In this document: positions 12,096 to 25,095 of the stretch, piece by piece | Position numbering within the stretch: position 1 is the stretch's first letter | How the letters are laid out: every line of letters starts with the position of its first letter | DNA from: Octopus vulgaris | Lineage: Eukaryota | Direction of reading: 5' to 3' | Assembly: GCA_951406725.2 (NCBI GenBank) | Contig: OX597814.1 | Location: 8,432,001 to 8,496,000 of the forward strand | DNA: 64,000 bases | The notes under the pieces: generated by a model | Told to the model about the DNA's origin: nothing | Database searches by the model: none | Seen by the model: the letters and a program-made list of their open reading frames with translations, nothing else | Made by a program: the position numbers and the translations under genes

Positions 12096-13039
12096 CATTG
12101 TTTTGAATCAATGCCATTATCTCATAGCTTAAACATTTTGATAACGTGATTATCTTTTTAGCATGACATTGTAGGGCAGGTGTTCCAGGGGCTGGATCTT
12201 GCCAGTTTAAATATAAAACAAGTTATATGTTTGGGCCAGATTTGGCCAGTTTAAACGCTAAAAGGTTAATTGACAACATTGTGCAAGGTAATAAGGTTTA
12301 CGTGTGTTTGTGAGAATGTACAAAAGATATTTTCACATTTAACAAAGTCAGCTGAATAACGTGTTAGCCAAACGTGTGATAGAAAATGAATGCACAAATG
12401 CCTGTGTTTATAAAATCAAAATGTTTACCAGTTGACAATGGTTGACAGCAAGCAAAAACACTGTACATTTTTTAAGCTGGTAAGAAGTATTGTCATGGAA
12501 TGTGCAAACAAGGGGCTCTGTATGATTTTGCTCAAAATGCAAGTGAGTCTGCAGTGTGTCTACCATCAGCAAGTGAAGTCTGCATATGTGTGCAGTAGGT
12601 TCAGAGAAAGATGTGCAGCAGTAGTTGGACAGTCTTTTCCCAGTGTGTTTTCTGCCAACAACACCTTGGTCTTGAACCACATAATACGGCAATGGTGATT
12701 GGTCAATTGCTTCGTTGGGGTTGTGGTACTCCTGTCACAATGCCAGTCACCGTGACTCCTGCTCAAATGTGGAAAGCAAAGAAACCAAAATCTGCTGCTT
12801 TTTTCGTTTCGTTTTTTAACAGATTAATGTGCAACTTTTGGATTACAACTGGCCAATCAACAAGGCTCAGCAAATTCTCAACAAGCCATTCTTTGATGCC
12901 TTACCGATGCATTACATAAAGAATCTTCAAAGTTGAATGTAATTAGGAGTAAGTTGACTGTGCTTGAGGTTGTTTTACCTATCTTTGTGCATATAACATG
13001 AATAGACATTCTCTCTGACTGCTTTGATCGACCAACTAC

Positions 13040-13110
<71 letters not shown>
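13040..13110. repeat. (CA)n microsatellite
   Basis: About 35 perfect CA units. Confidence 0.98.
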
Positions 13111-13113
<3 letters not shown>

Positions 13114-13439
13114 GTCTCTCCCCCCTCTCTCTCAATGAAACTCTAAAAGGCAACATATTATTAAAGACAAACATTTACATTAAAATTAGATTTAGACAAC
13201 TTATTTTTCTGTGCATACACTTGATAAACCTCATTCAGATGTTTTACATATTTTGTAAATACAACTATCTTACAACTTACGGAAAAATGGGTGTTCTTTC
13301 TGTTGTACAATGCCAAAAGTTCTGGTTTCAATTTCACCAATTGTATTTCATTTGGAAAATGAAAGAAAATTGTTTGCTGAACTCTTAAATCCAGTTACAA
13401 TAAAATCTTCCGGTGGACAGGAGGTGCATCTAAGGATGA

Positions 13440-13660
13440 AGACTAATCTTACGGAGGCTAAAAACACAGATGTGACTAAATTGCTAAAATGTGGTCAAGT
13501 GGCACAAGGGGAGGATGAAACTGAGCCCAAGTTGTTAAAGGACTTAAGTAGAGAAGGTATTCTTTGGCTGTCTCAAGTATTCCAAATGGCTTGGAACTCT
13601 GGAAAGACACCAAAGCAATGGCAGGTCAGAGTGGTAATCATCATTTTCAAAAAGGGAGAA
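13440..13660 (+). mobile_element. Non-LTR RT N-terminal fragment
   Basis: GEDETEPKLLK...LWLSQVFQMAWNSGKTPKQWQVRVVIIIFKKG resembles LINE RT domain 0/1. Confidence 0.65.
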
Positions 13661-14142
13661 GAAGGGAAGGGAGAGAGAGAGAATCCTAATCTCCTCTATG
13701 GAAGACAGGAACCCGAAGAAATTCTGGTAAAAAATAATGAGGGGAAGATAAAGTTTCTAAATACACTCATCACAAATACAAATTGTAACATATAAAAAAA
13801 ATAGGAAATTTCAATTGAAGTTGAGCTGTAATTTTATAAGTCATACTGAAATTTTACAAAATTCCATTTATTAAATCTACAAAAATTTATTTATTTGAGC
13901 AGTTCAATAATTAAATATTTCAAAAACATTATTTCCAAATTCATTAGCAGATAATTAAAGAAAAAAAAAACCTATAAAAAAAAAAAGATTTGACCTTTAT
14001 TTGTACTGTCTGCTCCTTTTTCAAGAGTCGCACGTCTAAGTGAAAATGAGTGGAGCCCTTTCTATGACAAACATTAAGCAGACGCAATGTTACAAGAAAA
14101 AAATTGATTTCAATTGGAGTTGAACTGCTTTTTCCTCCCTTT

Positions 14143-17140
14143 CAACATTGCCTGTTGCAATTCCTTTCACTCTCATCTTCCATTCTACCTCTTTCACAAC
14201 AGCAACTACCGAGAGAAAACAGGCTCGCTCCTCCCTGTTCAGGGAGGTCAGCGGAAAAATCTTAATTACAGATTCACTCAACAGTTGTACTCTTCTCGAA
14301 TGCAACAGCAGGTGTTCGACATAAGCCCAGAGCCCAGTCACCCTGGAGCATTGCACAATCGCGTGCAGGACAGTTTCACTGTCCCGCTCGCATCTTGCAC
14401 AAGCTGGTGAAGGTGCACACCCATGTCTAAAGAGCTTATCTCAAACGGGTAAAGCTCCTCTGTAACATTGCCAGGCCAGGGACTTTTGGTAATTATCTAT
14501 AGGCCCCGTCCCGAATATTCTTTGGAACAAGCTGGCCAGTTGATCTCCGTTGAAGCCTAGGGTTTCTCCCAGGACGTCATCACGCTTAAACTCTACTAAC
14601 CCTCTATAGAAGAACGATGTAGTACCCCCGCCACCGGCGTTGCCTGACTGGGAGAGAAGCACGAGTGCCTGATCGCACTCTGCATGCCACATGCCCAACC
14701 TCGGTCTACACTTGTTCCATCGGTTCAGTTTGGTAAACGATGTGAACCGTGGAAATAACAGCTTGACGAATGGAGACCACACCTGCTCACCGTCCAGGTA
14801 AAGCCAGAGGTGCCTAAGCCTGAGCGCATGTCTGTGCATTTTTTGCCACAGCATCCCTAACCCACCCCTCAGCAGCTTTTGACAGCAGATAGAGTGCCTT
14901 ACAAGAGGTCTGCTGCCCCTCCACAAAAAGCAAAAGAGCATGCGTTCCTGCTTGTTCAGCCACAAATCGGGGCAAGGCATGGCAGTCAGGCGGTAGGTGA
15001 TGACGGAGGCAATAAACACCTCTGCAACCTCCGTCTCCCCCTTTCAAGGATAGCTTCCACTCAGACCAGGTCTAAGTTAGGAGAGCCACCTTTCTCGCCA
15101 CCTCACTCCAATTCTCTTCTATCTGGAGATCTGGACCTAACCAGATACCAAGCAATTTCATGGGCCCTTCCGTCCAACGTCCTACAAGTTGCAAGCTGAC
15201 CGATTTATCCCGGTTGACTTTCGCACCTGCCACCGCTTCGTAATCTCTTAAGGCCTCACCCACCCACTGTAGGTGCTCGACCTGGGATCTGATGACGGTG
15301 ATGTCGTCCGCATACGCTGAAGCTGACTTTCCGCACCCTAGATCTTGTGGAGCACCCCTCATACTTTCCAACCTCCTCAGCAATGGCTCGAGGGCCAAAA
15401 TGTAGAGAAGCGGGGAGAGAGGGTACCCTTGACGTACTGAACGTTCAAAACAGAAAGGCTCCGAAAAGAAACTATTCACCCAAACTACCGATTCGCTGTT
15501 GCTGTATAAAGCATTGATCCATCCGCGGAAGGTCGAGCCGAAGCCAGCCACCGCGAGGACCGCCAAATACTGATGGTCTACCCTATAGAACGCTTTTGAT
15601 TGGTCCAAATGGACCATAGCCCCACCCTTGCCAGGAATCCTATTTACCCTTCCTAAGGCATAGCATAGAAAGTGGAGATTGTCGTGGATCGTCCTTCCAG
15701 GGATGGCGCAAGTTTGCGCCTCGCCAACAAGTTCACCCACGACCTGCGCCTTTTTGCTAAGACCTTGGCCAAAATCTTCAACTCTGCGTTAAACAGAGGG
15801 ATGGGCCGAAAATTATCAATTAAATCCCCTTTGTTTGGGTCCTTTCTTAACAGCGCTACCACCCCTCGCCTCACAGACTTAGGAATTCTCCCGTTCTGCT
15901 GCCAGTTGGTATACACGCATGCAAGTAGGTGCCCAAACAAGTCTGGCATGCTACTATAGAGTTCATAAGGTAGACCATCGAGTCCTGGCAATTTGTCCCC
16001 GCCGCAGTCTGCCAACACATCCTCGACTTCCTAGGCTGTGATCGGCGCTTCACAAGATTCCACATCTGGCCTCGATAGATGCCGCGAACCGGCCAGGAAG
16101 TCTGCGAGCTTCTCCTCGTGCTCCAGTCCGCTGCTCCTCCTGGATAGCTGGGCGAAATGATCATGAAACACCTTGCATACCTCCACAGGTTCGTTTACTG
16201 ATCGACCAATTGGGTCCGTCAAAGATCGAATGGCTGAGTTGTTGCCATGCTGGCACTCTACCACCCGGGCCTATCCGGCTGCGTTGATCCCTTCTTGTCT
16301 CATTGCACAGATCTTAGCCCTGACGATGCACCTTTCGTGTTTAGCTTTGAGATACTGGTCGAGTGCCAACCTCGCCGCTAACACTTTCGATGCATTGCCT
16401 GACCTCATTGCCTCATCTCCTGCCTTAACTAGTTCCTTTTCTAATTTGCGGGAGAACTACTTCTTCCGACTTCAATGTCATTGTTGAATGTTCCCTAGCT
16501 TTTTCTTTGCTAGGGAAACGCACCTCTACAGTGCCAAAGCGACTACCTCTCGTTATATAACTTGTTTGTTGCCATATCGGCCTCAAGCATTTTTCTATCG
16601 CTTCCCTCGGCACGAAGTCAATTTTCCTATTTTTCACGTCTTATATATCAAAGTTTTTCTCTCCGTCGCGTTAATTAATTCACTGGGACGGAGCAACTTC
16701 ACATTTTCACCTTCTTTTTTGAGAAGTCCTTGAAATTTCTTTAATTCTTCTTTGTTAATAACTATATTTTCGCAGGGGCGAGTTGCTGCACTCGCAAAAT
16801 GTATTTTTGACTTTTCCTCTTGTTTAGCCTCGCTCGACATCTTGTCGTCTGCTTTTGTAACGCGCGCGTGAGACGCCTCTATACTTTTACCTTCCTCCTC
16901 CCACATATTCGTCTCTCTCTGCCTTCAAACAGAATTTTCAAAGTTTTCCTTGGACTCAGAAGAAATTGGTGGCAAATTCATGTTTTTTGCCGTTTCCTCC
17001 TTGAAACAAGGCGGAAACAACAGCAAAACTCAGCTGCAACAGCAGAAAAGAAGTGGTCTCGGCGACCAAAACAGTAAATTTTCACAATTTTCGGCACAAA
17101 AACAATCTTTCACTGCGGAGCAAAGAATAACACGACCGAT
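14143..17140 (-). mobile_element. Tx1-clade LINE family A, copy 1 (internal ~2-kb deletion removing the ORF1 end and APE; 3' end missing)
   Basis: Colinear with 17172-22596; ORF1/ORF2 junction at ~16445; RT motifs HLDQSKAF, RQGYPLSP, AYADD; 5' end CGACCGAT abuts (GA)n at 17141. Confidence 0.9.
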
Positions 17141-17171
<31 letters not shown>

Positions 17172-17410
17172 TATTTCTTTATTCACCATAAGGTTGAGAA
17201 AAAGAGGGGACAAAACAAACGTTGGGGTCAGGGTATCGAATGAGACGAAACATATGAATAAACAAACAATTAAAATATATACAATTAAATGAGAATGAGT
17301 GATTAACAAAAAATGAAGCAGAGGATGCGGTCGACCCCACAAACCACATACTCACACTGAAGACTTTGCTTTATCCTTTTTTACATTCTCGATTAAACAG
17401 GTTCTTTCAC

Positions 17411-20400
17411 TCACAACATACTTGCTATAGACTTCCATCTTTTACGAAACACACTTTGCGACAGGCATTTCTTCTCCAGCCTTATTTTCCGTTTCATGTG
17501 GAAAACGAAAAAGTCGATTAGCTCGAGACTGGAGATAAACATGCCTGTTGCAATTCCTTTTACTCTCGTCTTCCACACTACTTCTTTCGCCATAGCAACT
17601 ACCGAGAGAAAACAGGCTCGCTCCTCCCTATTCAGGAAGGTCGGCGGAACTATCTTAATTACAGATTCGCTCGACAGTTGTACTCTTCTCGAATGCGACA
17701 GCAGGTGTTCGACATAAGTCCAGAGTTCAGTCACCTTGGGGCATTGCACAATCGCGTGCAGGACAGTTTCACTGTCCCTCTTACATCTTGCACAAACCGG
17801 CGAAGGTGCACACCCATGTCTAAAGAGCTTATCTCGAACGGGTAAAGCTCCTCTGTAACATTGCCAGGCCAGGGACTTTTGGTAATTATCCATTGGCCCC
17901 GGACCGAATGTTCTTTGGAACAGGCTGGCCAGTTGATTTTCGTCGAAGCCCAGAGTTTCTCCTAGGACGTCGTCACACTTAAACTCTACTAACCCTCAAT
18001 AGAAGAAAGCGGTAGTAGCCCCGCCACCGGCGTTGCCCGACTGGGAGAGAAGCACGAGTGCCTGATAGCACTCTGCATGCCACATGCCCAACCTCGGTCT
18101 ACACTTGATCCATGGGTTCAGTTCGTTAAACGATGTGAACTGTGGAAATAACAGCTTGACAAACGGAGACCACACCTGCTCACCGTCCAGGTAAATCCAG
18201 AGGTGCCTAAGCCTGAGCGCATGTCTGCGCATTTTTAGCCACGGCATCCCTAACCCACCGTTCAGCGGCTTTTGGCAGCAAATAGAGCGCCTTACAAGAG
18301 GTCTGCTGCCCCTCCACAAAAAGCGAGAGAGCATGCGTTCCAGTTTGTTCAGCCACGAATCGGGGCAAGGCACTACGGTTAGGCGGTAAGTGATTACAGA
18401 GGCGATAAACACTTCTGCAACCTCCGCCCTCCCTTTCAAGGACAGTTTCCGCTCAGACCATGTCTGAGTTAGGAGAGCCACCTTTCTCGCCACCTCGCTC
18501 CAGTTCTTCTCTATCTGGAGATCTGGACCTAACCAGATCCCATGCATTTTCACCGGTCCTTCCGTCCAACGTCCTACAACGCTGTCGGAAGACATCGACT
18601 TGCCCCTCCAGGTGCCGAGTTGCAAGCCGACCGATTTATCCCGGTTGACTTTCACTCCTGCCACCGCTTCGGAGACCCCTTAAGGCCTCACCCACCCACT
18701 GTAGGTGCTCGACTCGCGAAACGATCACGGTGATGTCGTCCGCATACGCCGAAGCTGACTTTCCGCACCCTAGATCTTGCGGGGTGCCTCTCATAGTTTC
18801 CAACCTCCTCAGCAACGGCTCGAGGGCCAAAACGTAGAGAAGTGGGGAGAGAGGACACCCTTGACGTACCGAACGTTCAATGCTGAACGGTTCCGAAAGG
18901 AAACCATTTACCCGAACTACCGATTCGATGTTGCTGTATAAAGCGATGATCCATCCGCGGAAGGTCGGGCCGAAGCCAGCCGCCGCGAGGACCGCCTCCA
19001 GATACTGATGGTCCACCCTATCAAACGCTTTCGATTGGTCCAAGTGGACCATAGCCCCACACTTGCCAGGAATCCTATTTATCCTTCCTAAGGCATAGCG
19101 TAGAAAGTGGAGATTGTCGTGGATCGTCCTTCCAGGGATGGCGCAAGTTTGCGCCTCGCCAACAAGTTCACCAACGACCCTCGCCAACCTTTTTGCTAAG
19201 ACCTTGGCCAAGATCTTCAACTCTGCGTTAAGCAGAGTGATAGGCCGGAAATTATCAATTAAATCCCCCTTGTTTGGGTCCTTTCTTAACAGCGCTACCA
19301 CCCCTCGCCTCACAGACTTAGGAATTCTCCCGTTCTGCTGCCAGTTGGTGTACACGCATGCAAGTAGGTGCCCAAACAAGTCTGGCATGCTACTATAGAG
19401 TTCGTAAGGCAGACGATCGAATCCCGGCGATTTGTCCCCGCCGCAGTCTGCCAACATATCCTCGACTTCTTTGGCTGTGATCGGCGCCTCACAAGATTCC
19501 GCGTCCGGCCTCGATAGACGCGGCGAACCGGCTAGGAAGTCTGCGAGCTTCTCCCCGCGCTCCAGCTCGCCGCTCCTCCCGAATAGCTGGGCGAAATGAT
19601 CATGAAACACCTTGCACATCTCCTCGGGTTCGTTTACTAATCGACCATTTGGGCCCATCAAGGATCGAATGGTTGAGTTGTTGCCACGCTGGCTCTCTAC
19701 CACCCGGGCCCATCCGGCTGCGTTGATCCCTTCCTGTCTCATTGCACAGATCTTAGCCCTGACAATGCACCCTTCATGTTTAGCTTTGAGATGTTGGTCT
19801 AGTGCTAACCTCGCCGCTAACACTTTCGATGCACTGCCTGACCTCATTGCCTCCTCTATTGCCTTAACTAGTTCCTTTTCTACTTTGTTTCTAGCACTAG
19901 CTAGTTTTTGCTAAACCTAATTGACTCAAATTTGATGGCTCTTTTCAGGGCGTACCACCATTTATTGTTGATAATGGATCCGGTTAACGCCCTCATTACT
20001 AATTGTTTAATCCGATTCCTGTAGGCTTCACAGTCCAATAGTGACTTGTTTAGCTTCCAGTACCCGGTACCTCGTCTACACATGCTATCTATGTCGAGCG
20101 TACAGGTCACTAATTTGTGATCGCTGTAGCTGACGATATGGTGTTGTGGACAGCTAAGTATTTTCTTATCTTTCCTTCTAGTTATGATTCTATCGATATA
20201 AGATCTGGACGACCCGTCGTTTCTTGCCCAGATCCACGCTGGAGTGTCTGGATGGTCCAGTCTGAATCTATCTGCCAATTCGAAACGACTTAGCATATCG
20301 TTGAGGTGAGGTAATCCCCTCGTATTCTTTCTCGAGCCAACATAATCTACGCTTGCATCGCAAATTATGTTGAAGTCACCTAGCAATACTAACGTGTTCG

Positions 20401-20812
20401 ACGTGCCAAGAAAATTCTCTAGGCTTTTGAAATTCTCTAGGCTTTCTGCCCGGCTTTTCCTTCGCAGGGAGCATAGACAGCAACCAGCCTGAACACTTTA
20501 CCACTGCTGTGCGTCACATCCAAAACGACCAACCTGCCTTCCGGATCTATAAAGACAGTTCTAATCTCTAAATCCAGGTTTTTCCTGACCAGCACTGCCA
20601 CTCCTCCTCCCCCTCCAGGTCGACAGGGAGAAATGTATTTCTCATAGCCGTTTAGAAGGGGCGAAAAAGCCTGCAGTCCACTCAGTCTGGATTCGGTAAT
20701 TACCACTGCATCCAAACGATGCGACCTAAGGTCGTTAAGGAGGTAGCCTTGCTTCCAATACGACCCCAGGCCGCGAGTATTTATACAACCGAGTTTAAAC
20801 GAGAAAGTGAAA
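17411..20812 (-). pseudogene. Tx1 ORF2 (APE + RT + zf-RVT), frameshifted
   Basis: CINTRGL..VITES, LGDFN, SYIDRI, SDHK, YWKLN, FRPITLLN, LDQSKAFDRV, RQGCPLSP, AYADD, CARC..ETVLHAIVQC; breaks at ~20430 (short tandem duplication), ~19900, ~18660, ~17990. Confidence 0.9.
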
Positions 20813-20833
20813 ATTTAGTCGAATGTTTAAAAC

Positions 20834-22393
20834 TTACTGTTTTAACAGAAGAGAAGGTGTAGTTTCACCCTCATCTTTTCTGTCTGTGAGTGTTGTGTTT
20901 TGCGAGGTCAGTTTCTTTGCGAATTGCTTGTACAGATGGCTTGAAAAGTTCATCTGTAACGGGCCTACTTCCTCCGCAAAAGATTTTTTAATTTCAAAAT
21001 AATCCGCGTTATCTATCGTATAAAATTCTACATTTTCAGATATAATACTATTTATATCTGTTGCGATATATTTTTTCGCCGATTTCAGTAAATTAATTTT
21101 TTCCCTTAATAGGTTATTGTTTTTATTTATCGCCGTGAATGTGTTTCTTTTTTTTTTGTTAGGTGATTGTGGAGGGGGCTGTGTGTGTGTGTTTGTGGGT
21201 GTGTGTGTGCTTGTAGAAGCGTGGGTGTTTGTAGGTGTGTGCGTGCTTGTGGTAGGTGTGTGAGTGTTTGTGTGTGCTTTTTCCAGTGTGTGTGTTTTTT
21301 TGGCTACATGTGTGTTTGCGACTGTATTTGTGGGTGTGGGTGTGCTTGTCTGTGTCAGAGTATAGTCCTGTGTATCCGAAGAGGGTGGATTTTTCCGTTT
21401 CCGTCTTCTTTTTGAAGCTTCCACGTTGACCCACTCCTGGATGTTGTTGTTGTTGTTGTCATCGTTGTTGTCGTTGTTTTCTCCCGTTGTCGGCTGAATT
21501 TCGGCAATTGGGGTGCGGGACGTGGCTGCTATTTCTAGCGGTGAAGTTGTTTTCGGCGTCGTGCTTGCCTCTGTAGTATTTTCTTTCGCTGTCTTCTTGC
21601 AGCTCGACCGTATGTGGCCTTTCTCGCCACATTTATAGCACCTCGGTTTTCTTCCCTCGACTATTACCATCAAGGTGGTATTATCTCCAATGGTGAGGGA
21701 GCTTGGCAATTTTTCCAAGTCCGAGGGGTTCGCTTGGATCACAAGCTCTAAGTCCTGTCCATACCAGGTTGTGGGGCGATATCTTTTAGACTGAAGAATG
21801 GCAATTTCTTCCTCTTTGCCTAAGAGAATCGCTGCTGTTATGAAGTCCACATCTATTTCGGGCGGAATGTCTGTAACTGTTATTCTGCTAGTTCTCATTC
21901 CTAAATAAAATGGTAAAAGAACTACCTCTTCTGACTTCAACGTTCTTGTTGAATGTTCCCTAGCTATTTCTTCGCTAGGGAAACGCACCTCTACCGTGCC
22001 GAAGCGACTACCCCTTGTTATAAACGTAGTTTGTTGCCATATCGGCCTCAAACATTTTTCAATGGCTTCTCTCTGTACGAAGTCAATTTTCTTATTTTTG
22101 ACATTATAAGTCTTGTATATGACAGTTTTTCTCTCCGTCGCGTAAATCAATTCACTGGGAGGGAACAACTTCACATTATCACCTTCTTTTTTTAGTAGTC
22201 CTTGGTATTTCTTTAATTCTTCCTTGTTGATGACTATATTTTCACAGGGGCGAGTTGCTGCACTCGCAAAATTTATCTTTGCCTTTTCTTGTCGTTTACT
22301 AGCTTCGCCGGACATATTGTCGTCTGCTTTTGTGACGCTCGCGTGAGACGTCTCTTTACTTCTACCTTCCTCCTCCCACATTTTCGCCTTCAT
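20834..22393 (-). CDS. Tx1 ORF1p (519 aa, CCHC zinc knuckle), intact
   Basis: First ATG at 22393; RCYKCGEKGHIRSSC knuckle; T/H/P-rich low-complexity C-terminal region. Confidence 0.85.
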   Translation of the reverse strand: MKAKMWEEEGRSKETSHASVTKADDNMSGEASKRQEKAKINFASAATRPCENIVINKEELKKYQGLLKKEGDNVKLFPPSELIYATERKTVIYKTYNVKNKKIDFVQREAIEKCLRPIWQQTTFITRGSRFGTVEVRFPSEEIAREHSTRTLKSEEVVLLPFYLGMRTSRITVTDIPPEIDVDFITAAILLGKEEEIAILQSKRYRPTTWYGQDLELVIQANPSDLEKLPSSLTIGDNTTLMVIVEGRKPRCYKCGEKGHIRSSCKKTAKENTTEASTTPKTTSPLEIAATSRTPIAEIQPTTGENNDNNDDNNNNNIQEWVNVEASKRRRKRKNPPSSDTQDYTLTQTSTPTPTNTVANTHVAKKTHTLEKAHTNTHTPTTSTHTPTNTHASTSTHTPTNTHTQPPPQSPNKKKRNTFTAINKNNNLLREKINLLKSAKKYIATDINSIISENVEFYTIDNADYFEIKKSFAEEVGPLQMNFSSHLYKQFAKKLTSQNTTLTDRKDEGETTPSLLLKQ

Positions 22394-22670
22394 CGCCTTC
22401 AAACAAATTTTCAACGTTTTCCTCCGACTCGGAGGAGACTGGTTGCAAATTCATGTCTTTTCGTCACTTCCCCCTTGAAACAAGGGGGAAAGAACAGCAG
22501 AAAAGAAGTGGCCTCGACGACCAAAACAGCAAATTTTCAAACTTTTCAGCACAAAAACAAACTTTCACTGCGGAGCAAAGAATAACGCGACCGATCAGAG
22601 AGAGAGAGAAAGAGAGACAGACAGACAGAGAGAGAAAGAGAGAGAGAGAAAGAAAGAGAGAGAGGGAGAA

Positions 22671-22699
<29 letters not shown>

Positions 22700-22701
<2 letters not shown>

Positions 22702-24714
22702 AGGAGGAAGGAAAGAAAGAAAAAAAAGAGAGAAGGAAAGATAGAAAGAGAGAAAGAAAACATCTAAACAAAAACCCATTTGTCATGTTACGGCCTTTTA
22801 ACGCCACACCCAAGAAATCAAAATGAAAGCAATAAAATTAAGACTAAAAATGAATCGAAGTAAAAAAGGTGAGGTAACGTGTAAATATATTTCCGTGATC
22901 AACAAACATTACAGAGTAACCTTTTACTAAAGCGGCTTCAATTAATAGAAAACCTGTTGGGAAATCTTGGATAAATAATTCCCACGTTTTCGATGATAAC
23001 AAATTATTCCGATTTCGCTAAAAACCACACGGCATTTCCAACTCTGAATCTGTCCCTCCCACCCCGCATTTATGAATGTATACAGGTATTGTATATGTGT
23101 ATGTATATGTATGAAATGTATACTATATCTGTATGTATGTATGTATGTATGTATGGTGTATTACATCAATTAATATAGAACCGAAAGAAAAATAAAATCT
23201 GTTTATTCAGAGATTCTCTCAAACCAAATCCAAACAAGTTTCCACATACCTCTTCGGTTGCTTCTCACTACAACTCCTGTTTCAATCCTAGCCCACATTT
23301 GCTATATTTTCATTCTACTGGGGCGGCGGTCATTTGCCAGACAACCCCCATCGTCTTAAATATCAACATGAAACTGACGTGTTAGTATCCCTGATAATGA
23401 AACAATTGTCTTCTTTTAGGGTGTGGCCTATATGAGGAGATTTGGCTGTCATTTCTAGCTTCACGTACGTTAAAACTTTCAACATAATTTTATGGAATCC
23501 AGGTAACAAAAAAAATTAACAGGAAAACTATGGGAGTTTTATCCAGAGGTGGGGGGGATTGTCCGAGGGGGTTTTGTCCTAGGTGGGGACATAAATTATT
23601 TGTGACTTTATTACAGGTCTTCCTTTCATGACCAGGAAAACATGGCATACCTTACACAGGTGCCCCCTCCATCGATTTTGTTTGTTCGTAACTTTCAGAA
23701 AAGTTGATGCTCTTGAATGAAATTTAGTAGAAATAGCTTCAAGAGGTTCCAATGATGGGGGAAAATATCGATGGCTTTGCAAACATACATAATGACACAC
23801 ATCACGTATACCTGCAAAACTTGGAAATACTTACACAGACACACACATTCTGAAAACGGAGAGGAAACAACAAATCCACGTAGTTATAATGTAAGGAAAA
23901 GTATTGAAATCGATTTTGTGAAATATTTGTAAAGCAATGGAGAGACGGGATTAAAGAAATTAAATTAGGAAGATGTAAAACGAAGACTTACCTCGTCACA
24001 ACTCTGAGTAAAACTGAAACTTGAATCTTTATCTAATCGTTTTTAAGCTGTTGATTGGTTTAACAACAACTTTGGATGACATCAATGGTTTTCCCAGAAA
24101 AAACACTTCCCCTCCGCCCTCTTTTATACAATTTATTTTCCTAGAAAACTTTGTGATAAAAGTTTATTATTATTATTTACAACAGACGACATAAAGGAAA
24201 CTTTTCAAAAGAAGAAAAACCTGAAATAGTTTTTTTTATAGGAAATGAAGGTGAATGTAGGTTAGAGAAGATTCCACTTTCATTTTTGACACCTCCAGAG
24301 ACTTCACTTTCATTTTTGTCAGTCAACACAGAATTTATCTGGTTTTCACCAATGGTGGCCACTAATTGGCACGTTTTTATCTCAGTTTGTGTATGCACAC
24401 ACACTTGTTGCCGTGTTTTTTTCCACAAAAATTCAGCTTGTGTGTACACACAGACTCACACACACACACACATAATATACATTTGTAGTTGATAGGGTAG
24501 GGGGGAAGACAAATTAAAGTTTGAAATGCTGGGCTTTAAAACCGAATCCCCATTTTCCCACAAGTCCCCCACCTGTTATTCTCTCCTGTTACACTAGGAA
24601 ATTTATGAAAGTATAGTGACTTCTTAGATCTTTTTGAAGCATCCATGGGTCAAAAATATGATACAGAGGGAAAATCCTTTGTATAGTTTCCCATAATTTA
24701 GTTAGGAATAATAT

Positions 24715-24749
<35 letters not shown>

Positions 24750-24750
24750 C
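22700..24750 (-). repeat. Inner inverted-duplication arm (copy of ~28600-30650): promoter, exon 1 and start of intron 1
   Basis: Reverse-complement match over ~2 kb; mirrored ORF peptides (24177..24449 vs 28894..29115, 23579..23800 vs 29471..29866, 22993..23178 vs 29971..30372). Confidence 0.95.
23986..24315 (-). promoter_or_regulatory. Putative promoter and non-coding exon 1 of paralog B
   Basis: Donor GAG|GTAAGT at 23992/23991; AAAACTGAAACT 24010-24021; CCAAT; GAS-like TTCCCAGAA 24091-24099 and TTCCTAGAA 24138-24146; GC box; two TGAAAGTG repeats. Confidence 0.55.
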
Positions 24751-25095
24751 TCAACCAAATCAGTTTTCCTTCTCTTTGGTCAGTGGGTGCTTACCGAAAG
24801 GGCCTCTAACTTTCTAATTTCAAGGCGAGACAACACAAACCTTACTCTTTCTACCTACCCTTATTCTATTAGCCTGTCCTTCTCTAGTAGTCACTCACAG
24901 ATGAAGATAACTACCATACACGATGGACCATAATGGCTAATGACCAGTGTATACAACCACCATAATAATCATATAAATAAAATGACCATCCAAACAAAAA
25001 ATTAATATTGTCCTTCACTCATTGCAAAACCTGACAGTTGTAATTGGTGAGTTCGTTCTTATGATTGGTGATCAAAACATGCACACACACACACT

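Larger units (their letters stand above)
17172..22596 (-). mobile_element. Full-length Tx1-clade LINE family A, copy 2, flanked by (TC)n
   Basis: ORF1 plus APE-RT-zinc-finger ORF2; 3' AATAAAGAAATAC followed directly by (TC)n; 5' end abuts a GA-rich tract at 22597. Confidence 0.93.

Noticed and set aside
12340-12960. Cluster of overlapping short ORFs
   Set aside because: No recognisable domain or convincing splice sites; cannot be assigned
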